From an uncultured bacterium (GTDB taxonomy: Bacteria; B130-G9): a stretch of 50,590 nt of DNA. Positions within the stretch are counted from its first letter, which is position 1. Every line of letters starts with the position of its first letter. Below, piece after piece: positions 27,666 to 37,011 of this stretch. The notes below the pieces were generated by a model that searched no databases, was not told where the DNA came from, and was given only the letters and a program-made list of their open reading frames with translations. The position numbers and the translations under genes were made by a program. Location of the stretch: the NCBI GenBank assembly GCA_965372715.1, contig CBDVDH010000025.1:1-50590 (forward strand), in the 5' to 3' direction.

Positions 27666-28249
27666 CGCGACTCTTGCTTCCCGAGGCTGAAGGCCTCTGA
27701 AAGGCTGGGCCTTTCCTCATCGCTGGACTCTTTGGGAGGTCTTTCGCGATTCCGCCTTGCCGTTTCGGCATTCCTGAATCGATCGAGATCATCAGCAAGC
27801 GCTCGGCCTACGCTTGTAGGCGCGCCAGAGGATGAATAGGCCCTGGGATTGAGCCTGAGCACCCTCCCCTCAATGAATTCGCCGTCAGGATCAAGGCGAT
27901 AAAGTAGCTTCACTTGGTTTGCGTCTAGCATAAGCCCGTTGACGACAAGTCCTAGTATGGCAAGAAAGAACGAAATAGGGACAACCAATCCGTGCGATCC
28001 CAAGAGATATACCACCAGTGCCGCAACAGCCACAGCGATTGACGACAGCTTCTTCCAGTCTGTCTTGAGCGACTTCTCGCGGGTCGGCACGAGCATAGCG
28101 CCGCAATTATGACATTTCTCTGCGCCAATCCTGAAGAGCTCTTCACGACAGTTGGGGCAACCGAGGATGATCTCGTTCGCCGCGTCTTCCTGGACGTAAA
28201 ACAGCCGGTCGCGTGGGACATTGGAGGTTCCGGCTGAGATTAGAGCCAT
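27662..28249 (-). CDS. Zinc-ribbon + 2-TM membrane protein
   Basis: CPNC...CHNCGA then two TM helices; stop overlaps the waaF start; start uncertain (ATG 28249 chosen). Confidence 0.65.
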   Translation of the reverse strand: MALISAGTSNVPRDRLFYVQEDAANEIILGCPNCREELFRIGAEKCHNCGAMLVPTREKSLKTDWKKLSSIAVAVAALVVYLLGSHGLVVPISFFLAILGLVVNGLMLDANQVKLLYRLDPDGEFIEGRVLRLNPRAYSSSGAPTSVGRALADDLDRFRNAETARRNRERPPKESSDEERPSLSEAFSLGKQESR

Positions 28250-28394
28250 TGCAGACTCTCTCGTGGCACGACGATTGACTCGGAACCACTTAGCGAACGA
28301 GGCGCCGGGAATGCCTCTCAGGGCTCTGATCATTTTTGCGTCAGGTTGGATGCTGGTCTTGCTTTTCAAGTTGTCGTAATCCTGGGCACAACAA

Positions 28395-29219
28395 TTATGA
28401 CCTTTGCGGCGCCGCGCGTTTGGGCGCACGAAGATTCTCGTCCTCCCTCATCTTGCGGAGCACAGCGTCGAGTTTGAAGAGGGATTTGACGCGCTCGACA
28501 AACTTGTTCCACGCGTTCGCGGAGTAGTATTCAGCAAGCGGGATTACGATCTCCTTCGGAGGCATTGAGTGACCCCTGATCGAGATGGCTATGGTCACTT
28601 TGGCGCCGCGGCCAATCACAGACACAAGGCTGAACAAGACGCCTGCCGCGGGATACAGGAACTTCGCCCATTCGCCAAGTTCCTCAAGGAAGACTGTGCT
28701 GGCAAAAAACAGGAGCATGCAAATGGCATACAGGACCTTCTTAAGCAGAAAGACCTGTTTGCTGGCAGCCAGTTTCGCGCCGCATCGCGGGCAGTTGGGC
28801 ACGCCCAGCCTCGTCAAGGCGCTGCTGCACTTGGGGCAACCTGCCCTGTAATGGACTCTGAAGCCATGAAGGTCGAAATACGCCAACCCCGCGGCCGGGA
28901 AAGATGCCCTGGTCTTCGTGGCGGGTAACTTGCTCTTGCGAGCGGGTGGCCTGCCCTTGCGCACGTGAAGTCCAAGCCTCTGACGGTCGGTTCTAGGTTT
29001 TCGGACGGGAAGCCTCGACGCTCGAACCTTTGCGGCCACGTTCTCCCTGTCCCCCCAGGCGCCCGCAAAGAACTGTAGTTCGCCCGCCTTGACCCACTTG
29101 CCCCCAGTCAGCTCGTCTGACTTGATATAGAACCAGGGCTGGACCTCCCCTCGTAGCGCCATCTGCACGAGCGCGCCTCGTGTGGTATCGAGCTTCTTCC
29201 CCTCGATCTCAACCTTCAT
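28395..29219 (-). CDS. GYF_2-like N-domain + zinc-ribbon + 2-TM membrane protein
   Basis: LVQMALRGEVQP...WVKAGEL resembles GYF_2/DUF4339; CPKC...CPRCGA; two TMs; start ATG 29219. Confidence 0.62.
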   Translation of the reverse strand: MKVEIEGKKLDTTRGALVQMALRGEVQPWFYIKSDELTGGKWVKAGELQFFAGAWGDRENVAAKVRASRLPVRKPRTDRQRLGLHVRKGRPPARKSKLPATKTRASFPAAGLAYFDLHGFRVHYRAGCPKCSSALTRLGVPNCPRCGAKLAASKQVFLLKKVLYAICMLLFFASTVFLEELGEWAKFLYPAAGVLFSLVSVIGRGAKVTIAISIRGHSMPPKEIVIPLAEYYSANAWNKFVERVKSLFKLDAVLRKMREDENLRAPKRAAPQRS

Positions 29220-29241
29220 CCTCTCACCACACCAATCCAAA

Positions 29242-30006
29242 TCATGCTGTCGCGCCGCCATCCAGAACGATCAGCGAACCCGTCATCCAGAAGCTCTGGT
29301 CCGACACGAGGAACACAGCGAGCGACGCGACGTCCCCAGGCATTCCGCGGCGCTTCAGCGGATAAAGCGAATCGATCTTCGCCCTGTCGCTCGGAACGCC
29401 GATGCTGTTGAAGAAATCAATCGTGATGTCCATGATTGGCGTATCAACGTGCGCGGGACATACACAATTGACCCGTATCCCGTGCTCGGCATAGCCCCTT
29501 GCGAGGCTTCGTGTCAGCATGTGAACCGCGGCCTTCGAGGCGCAATATGCGTCGGCGCACGTGGCCGCCCTCAGGCCCGATACCGAGCCAATGTTCAAGA
29601 TGCCGCCGCCCTTCTGGTTGATCATGTGCGGGAGCGCCGCGTTGCAGCACAAATAGACGCCCTTGACGTTGACGTCGAACATCGCGTCCCAATCCTCCTC
29701 CGTCGTGTCAGTGAGGTTCTTGCGGAAGAGAATGCCGGCGTTGTTGACGAGTATATCGAGGCGCCCGAAGCGCTCGATAACGTTGCCAATGAAGCGATAG
29801 ACATCCGCCTTCCGCGAGACGTCTGCGGTTTCAACGTAATGCCTCGCCTCGGTCTTGGCGAGCTCACTTGCGACCTGCTCAAGCGGTTCGCGCCGCCTGC
29901 CGCAGATGGCCACGCTGGCGCCTTCTTTCGCAAATCGACACGCGATCGCCCGCCCGATGCCAGTCCCGCCGCCCGTTACTACGGCAATCTTCCCTTCAAG
30001 CTGCAC
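29242..30006 (-). CDS. Classical SDR oxidoreductase (FabG-like)
   Basis: TGGGTGIG, NNAG, catalytic S and YCASK. Confidence 0.93.
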   Translation of the reverse strand: MQLEGKIAVVTGGGTGIGRAIACRFAKEGASVAICGRRREPLEQVASELAKTEARHYVETADVSRKADVYRFIGNVIERFGRLDILVNNAGILFRKNLTDTTEEDWDAMFDVNVKGVYLCCNAALPHMINQKGGGILNIGSVSGLRAATCADAYCASKAAVHMLTRSLARGYAEHGIRVNCVCPAHVDTPIMDITIDFFNSIGVPSDRAKIDSLYPLKRRGMPGDVASLAVFLVSDQSFWMTGSLIVLDGGATA

Positions 30007-30116
30007 TGCTTAAGTCCCCTTTCATGGACATCTTACATTTGACAAGACGGCATTTTCAATGCTTGAGCGAAGCCCGCGGAGAATCAGATTGATGACGTCA
30101 GGCTCGGAACAGGCCC

Positions 30117-30293
30117 TTTTGGACTGCGTCCGCCGCGCGGCGGATTTCTTTGGCGGTGACCTGGCATCGCCTTCTCCAGACCACTCTGCTGGACCTGAAT
30201 CCGACAAATTGAAGAATGACGAATGATTGATTCAATGAGATGCCGCGTCAGGCCGCGGCAAATGAAAGCGGCGTCGAGCCACCGCACTCCAAA
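30117..30293. repeat. Degenerate REP-like doublet (TTGGAGTGCG family)
   Basis: Left ttttggactgcg..., right ...aaagcggcgtcgagccaccgcactccaaa; the right arm recurs at 43363-43395. Confidence 0.55.
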
Positions 30294-30336
30294 GCACTCA
30301 ATGGCTTCAGAGCACAAATCCGTGGTCATCGGGTGC

Positions 30337-32808
30337 TCAGGACTCATCCCCCGATCCGCCGCGGTCGCGCGCAAGCAGTATCTCAATCGCGGCGCGCTGT
30401 GCGGCGCGTCTTAGGTAGAAATCGAAGGGCTCGAGGCCCTTGCTCTGGTATTCCGCGACCTTCATCAGAGCGTCCAGGAACTCCGTCTCACCCAATCGAC
30501 CCAGGAACTCCGCCGCGACGATGCGGTCCTTGAAGTCGCCCTGCATAAGAACGTTCTTGAGACGCTTCTTGGCCTTCTCGTTGCCCAACACGGCCGCCGG
30601 GTAAGAGATGAAGAACAGCTGTTGATAGTCCTTGTCCGAATGCGCCGGAGAGAAACCGACGTACTCGCTGTCGAGCCCGCGGAACCTCGACATGATAGTC
30701 CTCTCTGCTTTCGCGGCATCACTCATTTCTGCTAGCGCGATCGCCCCTTCCTTGCCCACTTCGGGATGCCTTTGCATTAGATGTACGATTCTCTTTGCGG
30801 AATCAGCATGACGAAGCTTGCCCAGCGAGAGCATACAGCCCCGCAAGACCACCGTGCTGCTCTCGGTCTCAAGCATCTTGTGGAGGCGCTCAGCAACGTC
30901 ATCCGCCAGCTCGCAGGGGCCCAGTTCGTCGGCCAGACTGCCCAGCGACTGTGCTGCGTATGCCCTAAGAGCGGCGCTTGCATCGTCTAGCACGCCCATA
31001 ATCAGCCGCACCGCCTCGTCGCCGCCCATCTTGACGAGCGACTGGGCCGCGCTCTCTCGAACATTGCGGTCCGTGCCTAAAATCGCCTCGGTAAGCGCCG
31101 GCAGGGCCTTGCGATCGATGGCGGCCAGAGCGTCCTTTGCCGACGAACGCACGAGCCTGTTCCTGTCACCAAGCATCCCCACCAGTGCATCGATGACAGC
31201 GTCTGATGCGATTGGTTTCTTGGCGCATATATCGGCCGCGCGCCTCTTAATTCGGCTGTCCGAGTGGGAAAGGAGTCCCAGCAGGACAGGCTCCGGAACC
31301 GATTCTCGGACATACCACAGAACGTAGGCCGCCCGCAGGGCCGTCTGGTCCTCATCCGACTTGGCGGCCTTCAACAGCTCGTCGAACATCTGATTTCGAC
31401 CAGTTTGATAGAGCGCAAATTGACAATGAAGCCTGACGATCGGGTCCGCCTCGGTCTTGAGCATGTTCTCCGCCAATTGCTCGACCGCTGGGTCTGACAG
31501 GAAAGCAAGCGCCAGCATAGCCTGCGAACGCACGAACGTGTCCTCGGACTTCAGCGCAGAAACAACCGACTGCTTGGCCTTGACGCCCAGGTCCGCGAGG
31601 CCGCGTATCACGAAGTAGTCGTAGTAGCCGGCGGACGCCGACCTCAGGAGGGCCTGAGCCGCGACCGTGTTGTCGATGTACGAGAGGCCCATCAGAGCGT
31701 ACTTCCTCGCCCTGGGCTGTTGGCCATCTACGACGACGAGCGACTTTGAGTCGGCCGCGATTACGGTCTCGAGATACCGAACTGTCTCGGTCACGAACTC
31801 ATTGTCTTCGCCTTCCTGCTTCACGGCGGACAGGAATGAGCGAGGTGTGTATCTGCCCGGCTGGACGTAGTCGCTATCCTGACGCCTTGCTATGGCCGTG
31901 AGCTCCGCGCCCAAGAGCGCATTTGATATGAGCTCCATCTCCTCGCCGATGATGTCAGGCAAGTCCTTGAAATAAAGCGTCGTCAGCGCCTTGTCGTGAT
32001 CGCTGTAGATGTCCTGTTGGACGTAGTTCGTGCAGTAGTAGGTCATGTATCTTGCGAGGGAGTTGGCCTCGGCGGCAATGGCAGCTCTTAGGTCTTCTCG
32101 CTCGACGAAATGGAGCACCAACTGCTCCATCTTCTTCGCAAGTTCGATACTGTTTTCGCTCGATGCGGAAAGAGACACAAAGGCGGAAGTCCCCTTCATC
32201 GCTACGAGACCCTTCACGGCCTCGGCGCGAACCGCCGGGTCGGGGTCTTCGGTCGCGTCCTTCAACGCCTTCGCGGCCGCCTCGGTGTTCATCCCCGAAA
32301 GAATCCTGATCGCTTGCAGCCGGTTTGCAGCGAACTTGTCCGTGAGCGCAAAAGCCAGCGCCGGGATAGTGTCCGGAGATTGTAGCCGACCGAGCATATC
32401 GATGCCCATCGCGCGAAACCTCTGAACCTCCGACCGAAGCAGCGCCTCGGCAGCGGCCACATCTTTGATCCGGCCGAGCGCGGACGCCGCAGCCCGCTGC
32501 ACGTCCTCCCGCCCGTCGCCAAGCAGCTTCTCGAGGTCGGGGATGGCCTCCACCGCGCCGCTCTTGGCCAGAGCGTCCGCCGCGGCGATAATCACCCTCT
32601 GATGCGGGTCGTAAAGCGCCTTGACCAGCGCATCGATATAAACATCGCCCTTCATGCCCGCGAGTTTCTTTGCGGCCCGTTCTTTCGCAGCAGGGCCCTT
32701 GCTTCCGAGAAGCGTTACGACGTGCGCGTAGGGGTTCGGGGCACAGCCCACAAGCATAGCCAAAACCACCAGCGCCGAAAGAGCCTTAACCAATCTAATC
32801 TTAAACAT
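30337..32808 (-). CDS. HEAT/PBS-lyase repeat lipoprotein
   Basis: Lipobox LVG-C after a basic/hydrophobic signal; many D-x-x-V-R-x-x-A-A-x-A-L-G repeats. Confidence 0.85.
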   Translation of the reverse strand: MFKIRLVKALSALVVLAMLVGCAPNPYAHVVTLLGSKGPAAKERAAKKLAGMKGDVYIDALVKALYDPHQRVIIAAADALAKSGAVEAIPDLEKLLGDGREDVQRAAASALGRIKDVAAAEALLRSEVQRFRAMGIDMLGRLQSPDTIPALAFALTDKFAANRLQAIRILSGMNTEAAAKALKDATEDPDPAVRAEAVKGLVAMKGTSAFVSLSASSENSIELAKKMEQLVLHFVEREDLRAAIAAEANSLARYMTYYCTNYVQQDIYSDHDKALTTLYFKDLPDIIGEEMELISNALLGAELTAIARRQDSDYVQPGRYTPRSFLSAVKQEGEDNEFVTETVRYLETVIAADSKSLVVVDGQQPRARKYALMGLSYIDNTVAAQALLRSASAGYYDYFVIRGLADLGVKAKQSVVSALKSEDTFVRSQAMLALAFLSDPAVEQLAENMLKTEADPIVRLHCQFALYQTGRNQMFDELLKAAKSDEDQTALRAAYVLWYVRESVPEPVLLGLLSHSDSRIKRRAADICAKKPIASDAVIDALVGMLGDRNRLVRSSAKDALAAIDRKALPALTEAILGTDRNVRESAAQSLVKMGGDEAVRLIMGVLDDASAALRAYAAQSLGSLADELGPCELADDVAERLHKMLETESSTVVLRGCMLSLGKLRHADSAKRIVHLMQRHPEVGKEGAIALAEMSDAAKAERTIMSRFRGLDSEYVGFSPAHSDKDYQQLFFISYPAAVLGNEKAKKRLKNVLMQGDFKDRIVAAEFLGRLGETEFLDALMKVAEYQSKGLEPFDFYLRRAAQRAAIEILLARDRGGSGDES

Positions 32809-32841
32809 TGACCACCTCGTTGAATTGATTGCAGAAAATCG

Positions 32842-33666
32842 CTATTGCAGCAGGAACCGACTGCGGCCCTTTGAGCCCTCGACGACCATGTTAATAGCGC
32901 CGGTCTCAAGAGGCTCCCAAGCCACCTCGATGCCCTTCCCGCTGAGCATCTTGCGCAGTTGCATGAATATATCAAAGCCCGAAGGCCGAACAACAAACGC
33001 CACATATTCCTTCGTTGGGTCTATGCCCTCGATCTCCGCCCGCCAGTCGGACGATTTGTCCCCTATCTGCTCCAGCGTCTCGCCCGGCCGACGCCGAATC
33101 ACGATGCTGCTCCCGCCGACGCCCTTTGTTACGTAATACTTGCGAACGTACCGCCCAAAGAACGGATTGACCTTGTCGTCCTCACACTCGAAGTACAGCG
33201 CCCGCTTCTCGCTGGCCTTCTGGACGGGCGTTCCCACCTTGAGCTCGCGCTTTCTGATCGTGAAGTCGCCAGGCACGAGCGCCCGAAGACTCTCTAGCTC
33301 ATCCTGTTCCTGAAGCTCCTCCTTCTCCAACCTCTTGAGGCGCGCCGAAAACTCCGTCACATAATCCTCGAGCTCCTTTCTGAGCGACAGGTCCTCCGTC
33401 AGCTTCTCGAGGCGCTCGATCGTCTCCCTTGCCTGGCGCTTCTCGTCGGCCTCCTCCTTGCGCTTGCCGAGCTCCTTGTCTAGCTTTGAAAGGTCGAAGC
33501 TCAGGCCAGAAAGCTGCGTCCGAAGCGGCAACGGGGCGCTCATCCCGAGCGTGTGCAGAATGATGATCGCGATCATGAAAACCAGCACGCCGACCGTGCA
33601 AGCTAGAATATCGAGAAAAGAAAAACTGAAAAAACCAATCTCAGAAGAGCTGGATGACCGTGCCAA
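32842..33666 (-). CDS. ExbD/TolR-like single-TM coiled-coil protein (TM Asp present)
   Basis: FSFLDILACTVGVLVF TM, long coiled coil, C-domain LYFECE...YVAFVVRPSG...WEPL. Confidence 0.65.
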   Translation of the reverse strand: MARSSSSSEIGFFSFSFLDILACTVGVLVFMIAIIILHTLGMSAPLPLRTQLSGLSFDLSKLDKELGKRKEEADEKRQARETIERLEKLTEDLSLRKELEDYVTEFSARLKRLEKEELQEQDELESLRALVPGDFTIRKRELKVGTPVQKASEKRALYFECEDDKVNPFFGRYVRKYYVTKGVGGSSIVIRRRPGETLEQIGDKSSDWRAEIEGIDPTKEYVAFVVRPSGFDIFMQLRKMLSGKGIEVAWEPLETGAINMVVEGSKGRSRFLLQ

Positions 33667-33692
33667 CTACAAGAACCCCCAACTAATGCAGC

Positions 33693-34448
33693 TCACGAGA
33701 AAAAAAGCTCCCACTGTTCCAGAATCGGCTCGTAACCAACCTTGAAGCCCGACATCTCAGAAAGGTCGCGGAGCACATCGAACGTCGCGATCCCCGATGG
33801 CCGTATCAGGAAAACAACATAATTGCCTGGGGCCTTTACCCCAGAGGACGAAAGCCAATCCTCAAACGAAGCTGCGTCGAGCTCCCCCTGGGCCATCGCA
33901 ACGACTGTCCCGACAGGCCAGACGACCGCCTCGTTCTCCCGGCACTCCACGTAAATCGGCTTTGAAAGGCCAGGGGCCTGCGAGTGCCTCACCTCCGCTA
34001 CGACCGACCTGCTGGCCTTCAGCATTGCCGCCTTCTTCCGCAGATCATCGAGCTCCGACAGGCGCTTTTCATCGGGCTTCTCGCGTCTCGCAAGAAGCGT
34101 CTGAAGGCGCTCCTTTTCGCGCTCCAGCTGAGCCAACCGCCGCTGAAGCTCGGCGAGCTCGGCGCTGAGGTCCTTCATCTCGGGGATTTCCTTGTCGGCG
34201 AGAAACTCAGAGTCCTTCTGCAATTGCTCCTCGAGCCGCAGAAGCTCCGCCTCCTTCAGCTCGACCTGACTCTTGCTGCCAAGAATCTCCTTCTCGATCG
34301 CGGAAGTATCGACCAGGTCCTTGCTGTGAGCGATAAAGATGAAAAGGATGAACGCCAGCGAGCCGATTATGCACGACAGAACCGCCATGAACGGAAAATG
34401 CAGAACCTCGACCTGCCGGTCCGACGCCGACCTTCTGGGCTTGCCCAC
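33693..34448 (-). CDS. ExbD/TolR-like single-TM coiled-coil protein (TM Asp replaced by Ala), paralog of 32842-33666
   Basis: FPFMAVLSCIIGSLAFI TM, coiled coil, IYVECR...YVVFLIRPSG...YEPI; RBS AAGGAGG before GTG. Confidence 0.65.
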   Translation of the reverse strand: MGKPRRSASDRQVEVLHFPFMAVLSCIIGSLAFILFIFIAHSKDLVDTSAIEKEILGSKSQVELKEAELLRLEEQLQKDSEFLADKEIPEMKDLSAELAELQRRLAQLEREKERLQTLLARREKPDEKRLSELDDLRKKAAMLKASRSVVAEVRHSQAPGLSKPIYVECRENEAVVWPVGTVVAMAQGELDAASFEDWLSSSGVKAPGNYVVFLIRPSGIATFDVLRDLSEMSGFKVGYEPILEQWELFFS

Positions 34449-34721
34449 AGCCTACTTAACCTCCTTGAGACATAGCTATAGTGTCGGACTCATGCCAAGA
34501 GATTCATCGTGTCAGAACGCATTCACAATCGTCAAATCCCAAGCAAAGGCCAAGCAGAACGAACCGAATACTGGATATGACCCGCCAACTAACTTATCTC
34601 ATAAACACATTCTAAGTGCCAAATGTTGCCGGGCTTGACACGCCTCGGGCTTTGTGCAGAGAATCTCGAAGTTAGAGCGTGAAAGACACAGAATTAATGT
34701 CGAGCTAGATGAAGGAACGAC

Positions 34722-35243
34722 ATGGCAGTAGTGGGGCTGATACTGATCACTTTGTGGGGTCTGGCGTCCGGGATATGGATGCTGCGATATGGCCTCAGAG
34801 AACAGAGCTGGTTCTGGGCTTTGTGGGGAGCTTGGGGCGTTTTCGGGGCCATCCTTATTGGGATTGTGTTGCTCGGGGTTGCTGTAATTACGTTCCTCCT
34901 ATTCATGCCCACAATGGACCCAACCATATCAGTGGGCATTGTTTTGATCGTGTGGGTCGCGGTTGCCTTCTTCGCTTTCAGGTATAAGCATAATCTTCTC
35001 GGCAAGGCGCTTTTTGTCCTCGCCGCGCTCTGGTCGGGCGTCCTGTCTATCCCGCTAATCGCATTTCTCCGTTGGGGAACTGCCGAAGCACTGCTGATGA
35101 CGATGGGCCTGTCCGCCCTCGTCCTCATTGTCTGGGGATTGACCATGAAGCAAGCGAAGGCAGCCAAGGTGCGCAAAGAGGCACTCTACAAGCGCCTGTT
35201 GGACGAGGTCGATACCCGCGAGAAGCCACCCTGGGAATCATGA
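34722..35243 (+). CDS. Polytopic membrane protein with conserved KEALYKRL..EVDTREKPPWES tail, paralog A
   Basis: About 5 TMs; RBS GAAGGA; tail nearly identical to the next gene. Confidence 0.8.
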   Translation: MAVVGLILITLWGLASGIWMLRYGLREQSWFWALWGAWGVFGAILIGIVLLGVAVITFLLFMPTMDPTISVGIVLIVWVAVAFFAFRYKHNLLGKALFVLAALWSGVLSIPLIAFLRWGTAEALLMTMGLSALVLIVWGLTMKQAKAAKVRKEALYKRLLDEVDTREKPPWES

Positions 35244-35401
35244 TGTTCCACAGTAACATCAGCCAATGATCGTCTCCGCGACTCGCAAACCTCACCGTCC
35301 TCATTCTGACCTCGCCTGTGAGCTTGACAATGGACGGCATTTCCGCGAATGTTCTAGAGACAATCGGTTCCGTTAATACATTCCGGGATTCCAGATGCGC
35401 T

Positions 35402-35938
35402 ATGACGCCCAGTGACGCTCCGCACATATTCATGGGCTGCATACTAATCCCGCTCGGACTTTTGGGGTTCTTCTGCTTTCTGATTCACATCGGGATAAGA
35501 AAGGACAACGACGCGCTGGCAATAGGCTCGGGGCTAGCTCTAATAATGATTGGCCTGCCGGCTATCTTCTTAGCCCCTGGTTACCTCGGCTTTTTCCTGG
35601 AGCGGACATTCCTCCTCACCTGCTGGTATATCGTTATGGGGATTGTCTGGTTATTCCTGGCCTTCTTCGGGCTCAAGCGTTCGGACGAGAAGAAGGGCAA
35701 GGCCTTGATTATATTCGCGATAATCTGGACTTTCCCGATGACATACCCCCTGACCGCTGAATGGGAATGGTCAACCGCAAAGGCCTATCTGACGGTATTC
35801 GGCCTCACCGCGCTGGGCTATATCATCCTCGGCATCATACTCAAGTCGATAAAGGCCGCCAAAAGACGAAAGGAAGCCCTCTACAAGCGCCTGCAAGAGG
35901 AGGTCGATACCCGCGAGAAGCCCCCGTGGGAATCATGA
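35402..35938 (+). CDS. Polytopic membrane protein with the same tail, paralog B
   Basis: Aligns with A (IVW..AFF..GKAL..W..PL..W.TA.A..GL.AL); start ATG 35402 chosen by length match. Confidence 0.8.
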   Translation: MTPSDAPHIFMGCILIPLGLLGFFCFLIHIGIRKDNDALAIGSGLALIMIGLPAIFLAPGYLGFFLERTFLLTCWYIVMGIVWLFLAFFGLKRSDEKKGKALIIFAIIWTFPMTYPLTAEWEWSTAKAYLTVFGLTALGYIILGIILKSIKAAKRRKEALYKRLQEEVDTREKPPWES

Positions 35939-35986
35939 TGTTGCATATCAACGTCAGCCGATCACTGTCGAACAGACAAAGGTGAC

Positions 35987-36454
35987 ATGGGGCAGGCGTT
36001 GACAATACGAAGGTTCAGCAGGACTCTGCAAAGAATAAGAGAGCATCTGAGGGCAAATCGCGAGAAAAATACCGAGAGCAAGGCCCTGATGACATACGCT
36101 TTCTTTGTCGCGGGGGTATGGTGGCTTGTCTCGGTGTTCGCCGTCTTCGTGTGCTATGTGATTGCTTCGCTCGTTTGGGATATGAGGCTCTCGCTTTGGC
36201 CGGCTTTGACCATCTCGTCCGCAATCTGGATTGTCCTCGCCGTCAAAGCGCACAGGAGAGGCTACACCGACCTATGCAGATTCCGCCTCGAGGTCGCCTT
36301 CCTGCTTTCTCTCATGCTCCTCATGTCGCTCCAGCCGCTATTCGATCTCTCCAAGACCACCGGCTACCTACTGGTCGTCCTGTTCACGACAATTTGGGCT
36401 GTGGTTCATTTGTCGGTGCGCCGTACCAGAAAGAACCGCCCGCGAAAGGGATAA
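35987..36454 (+). CDS. 4-TM membrane protein, probable distant paralog C lacking the tail
   Basis: RBS AAAGGTG; ungapped 48-aa alignment with B keeps W1, L4, A5, R11, A24, L35, S42, Y47, L48. Confidence 0.68.
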   Translation: MGQALTIRRFSRTLQRIREHLRANREKNTESKALMTYAFFVAGVWWLVSVFAVFVCYVIASLVWDMRLSLWPALTISSAIWIVLAVKAHRRGYTDLCRFRLEVAFLLSLMLLMSLQPLFDLSKTTGYLLVVLFTTIWAVVHLSVRRTRKNRPRKG

Positions 36455-36465
36455 GGCCAGCGTCT

Positions 36466-37011
36466 TTAGTAGAAATAACCGCGGAAAAACCAGGGGACCA
36501 TGACAGCGCTTAGGACGTTAATCGCTATATAAATCGCGGGGCCGAATTTCCCCGGTATCAGGGGCAGGTCCGATGCGCGCGCAAATGAACGCAAGGCTAT
36601 TCTCACATGCAGTTTAGGTCTTTCACTGGCAGCGCTCTCTCCGGCGCGCATCTCAGTAGCTCGGATGTTCCACTGCAGTTCGTCACTAATCTCCAGAAAT
36701 AGGACGTCACCGAACCTCCGCAGACGCTCAAAAGATGTGGCGATTATCAGCACGGCAGAGGCAAGCAACAGCGCCACCACTATCGCTGGCGGCAGTAATG
36801 AGCCTTGAATGAAGAACGAAATTAGCACAATAACAGGTAATAAGACTATATTTAAACCAGTCATTCCGACGATTAGCTGACCCCTTTTAGTTAGTTTTGA
36901 CGAAATCCAGCGGAGATTACCAAGCGATGAATCGAGATCAGGGGTCTCTCGTGGAATCTTGATGGCATGAGTCGGTTTGGACTCGCTCCGGATTTCTGGA
37001 TTGCTCATCAC
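36466..37011 (-). CDS. 3-TM membrane protein of unknown function, coupled to the GTPase
   Basis: Junction AAAGGA-TAA-GTG-ATG; two TMs, a soluble helical loop and a C-terminal TM; low GC. Confidence 0.8.
   Translation of the reverse strand: MMSNPEIRSESKPTHAIKIPRETPDLDSSLGNLRWISSKLTKRGQLIVGMTGLNIVLLPVIVLISFFIQGSLLPPAIVVALLLASAVLIIATSFERLRRFGDVLFLEISDELQWNIRATEMRAGESAASERPKLHVRIALRSFARASDLPLIPGKFGPAIYIAINVLSAVMVPWFFRGYFY

Noticed and set aside
34722-36454. Integron cassette array
   Set aside because: No integrase; the palindrome is GTT-N7-AAC and 21 bp, not the RYYYAAC...GTTRRRY attC layout.
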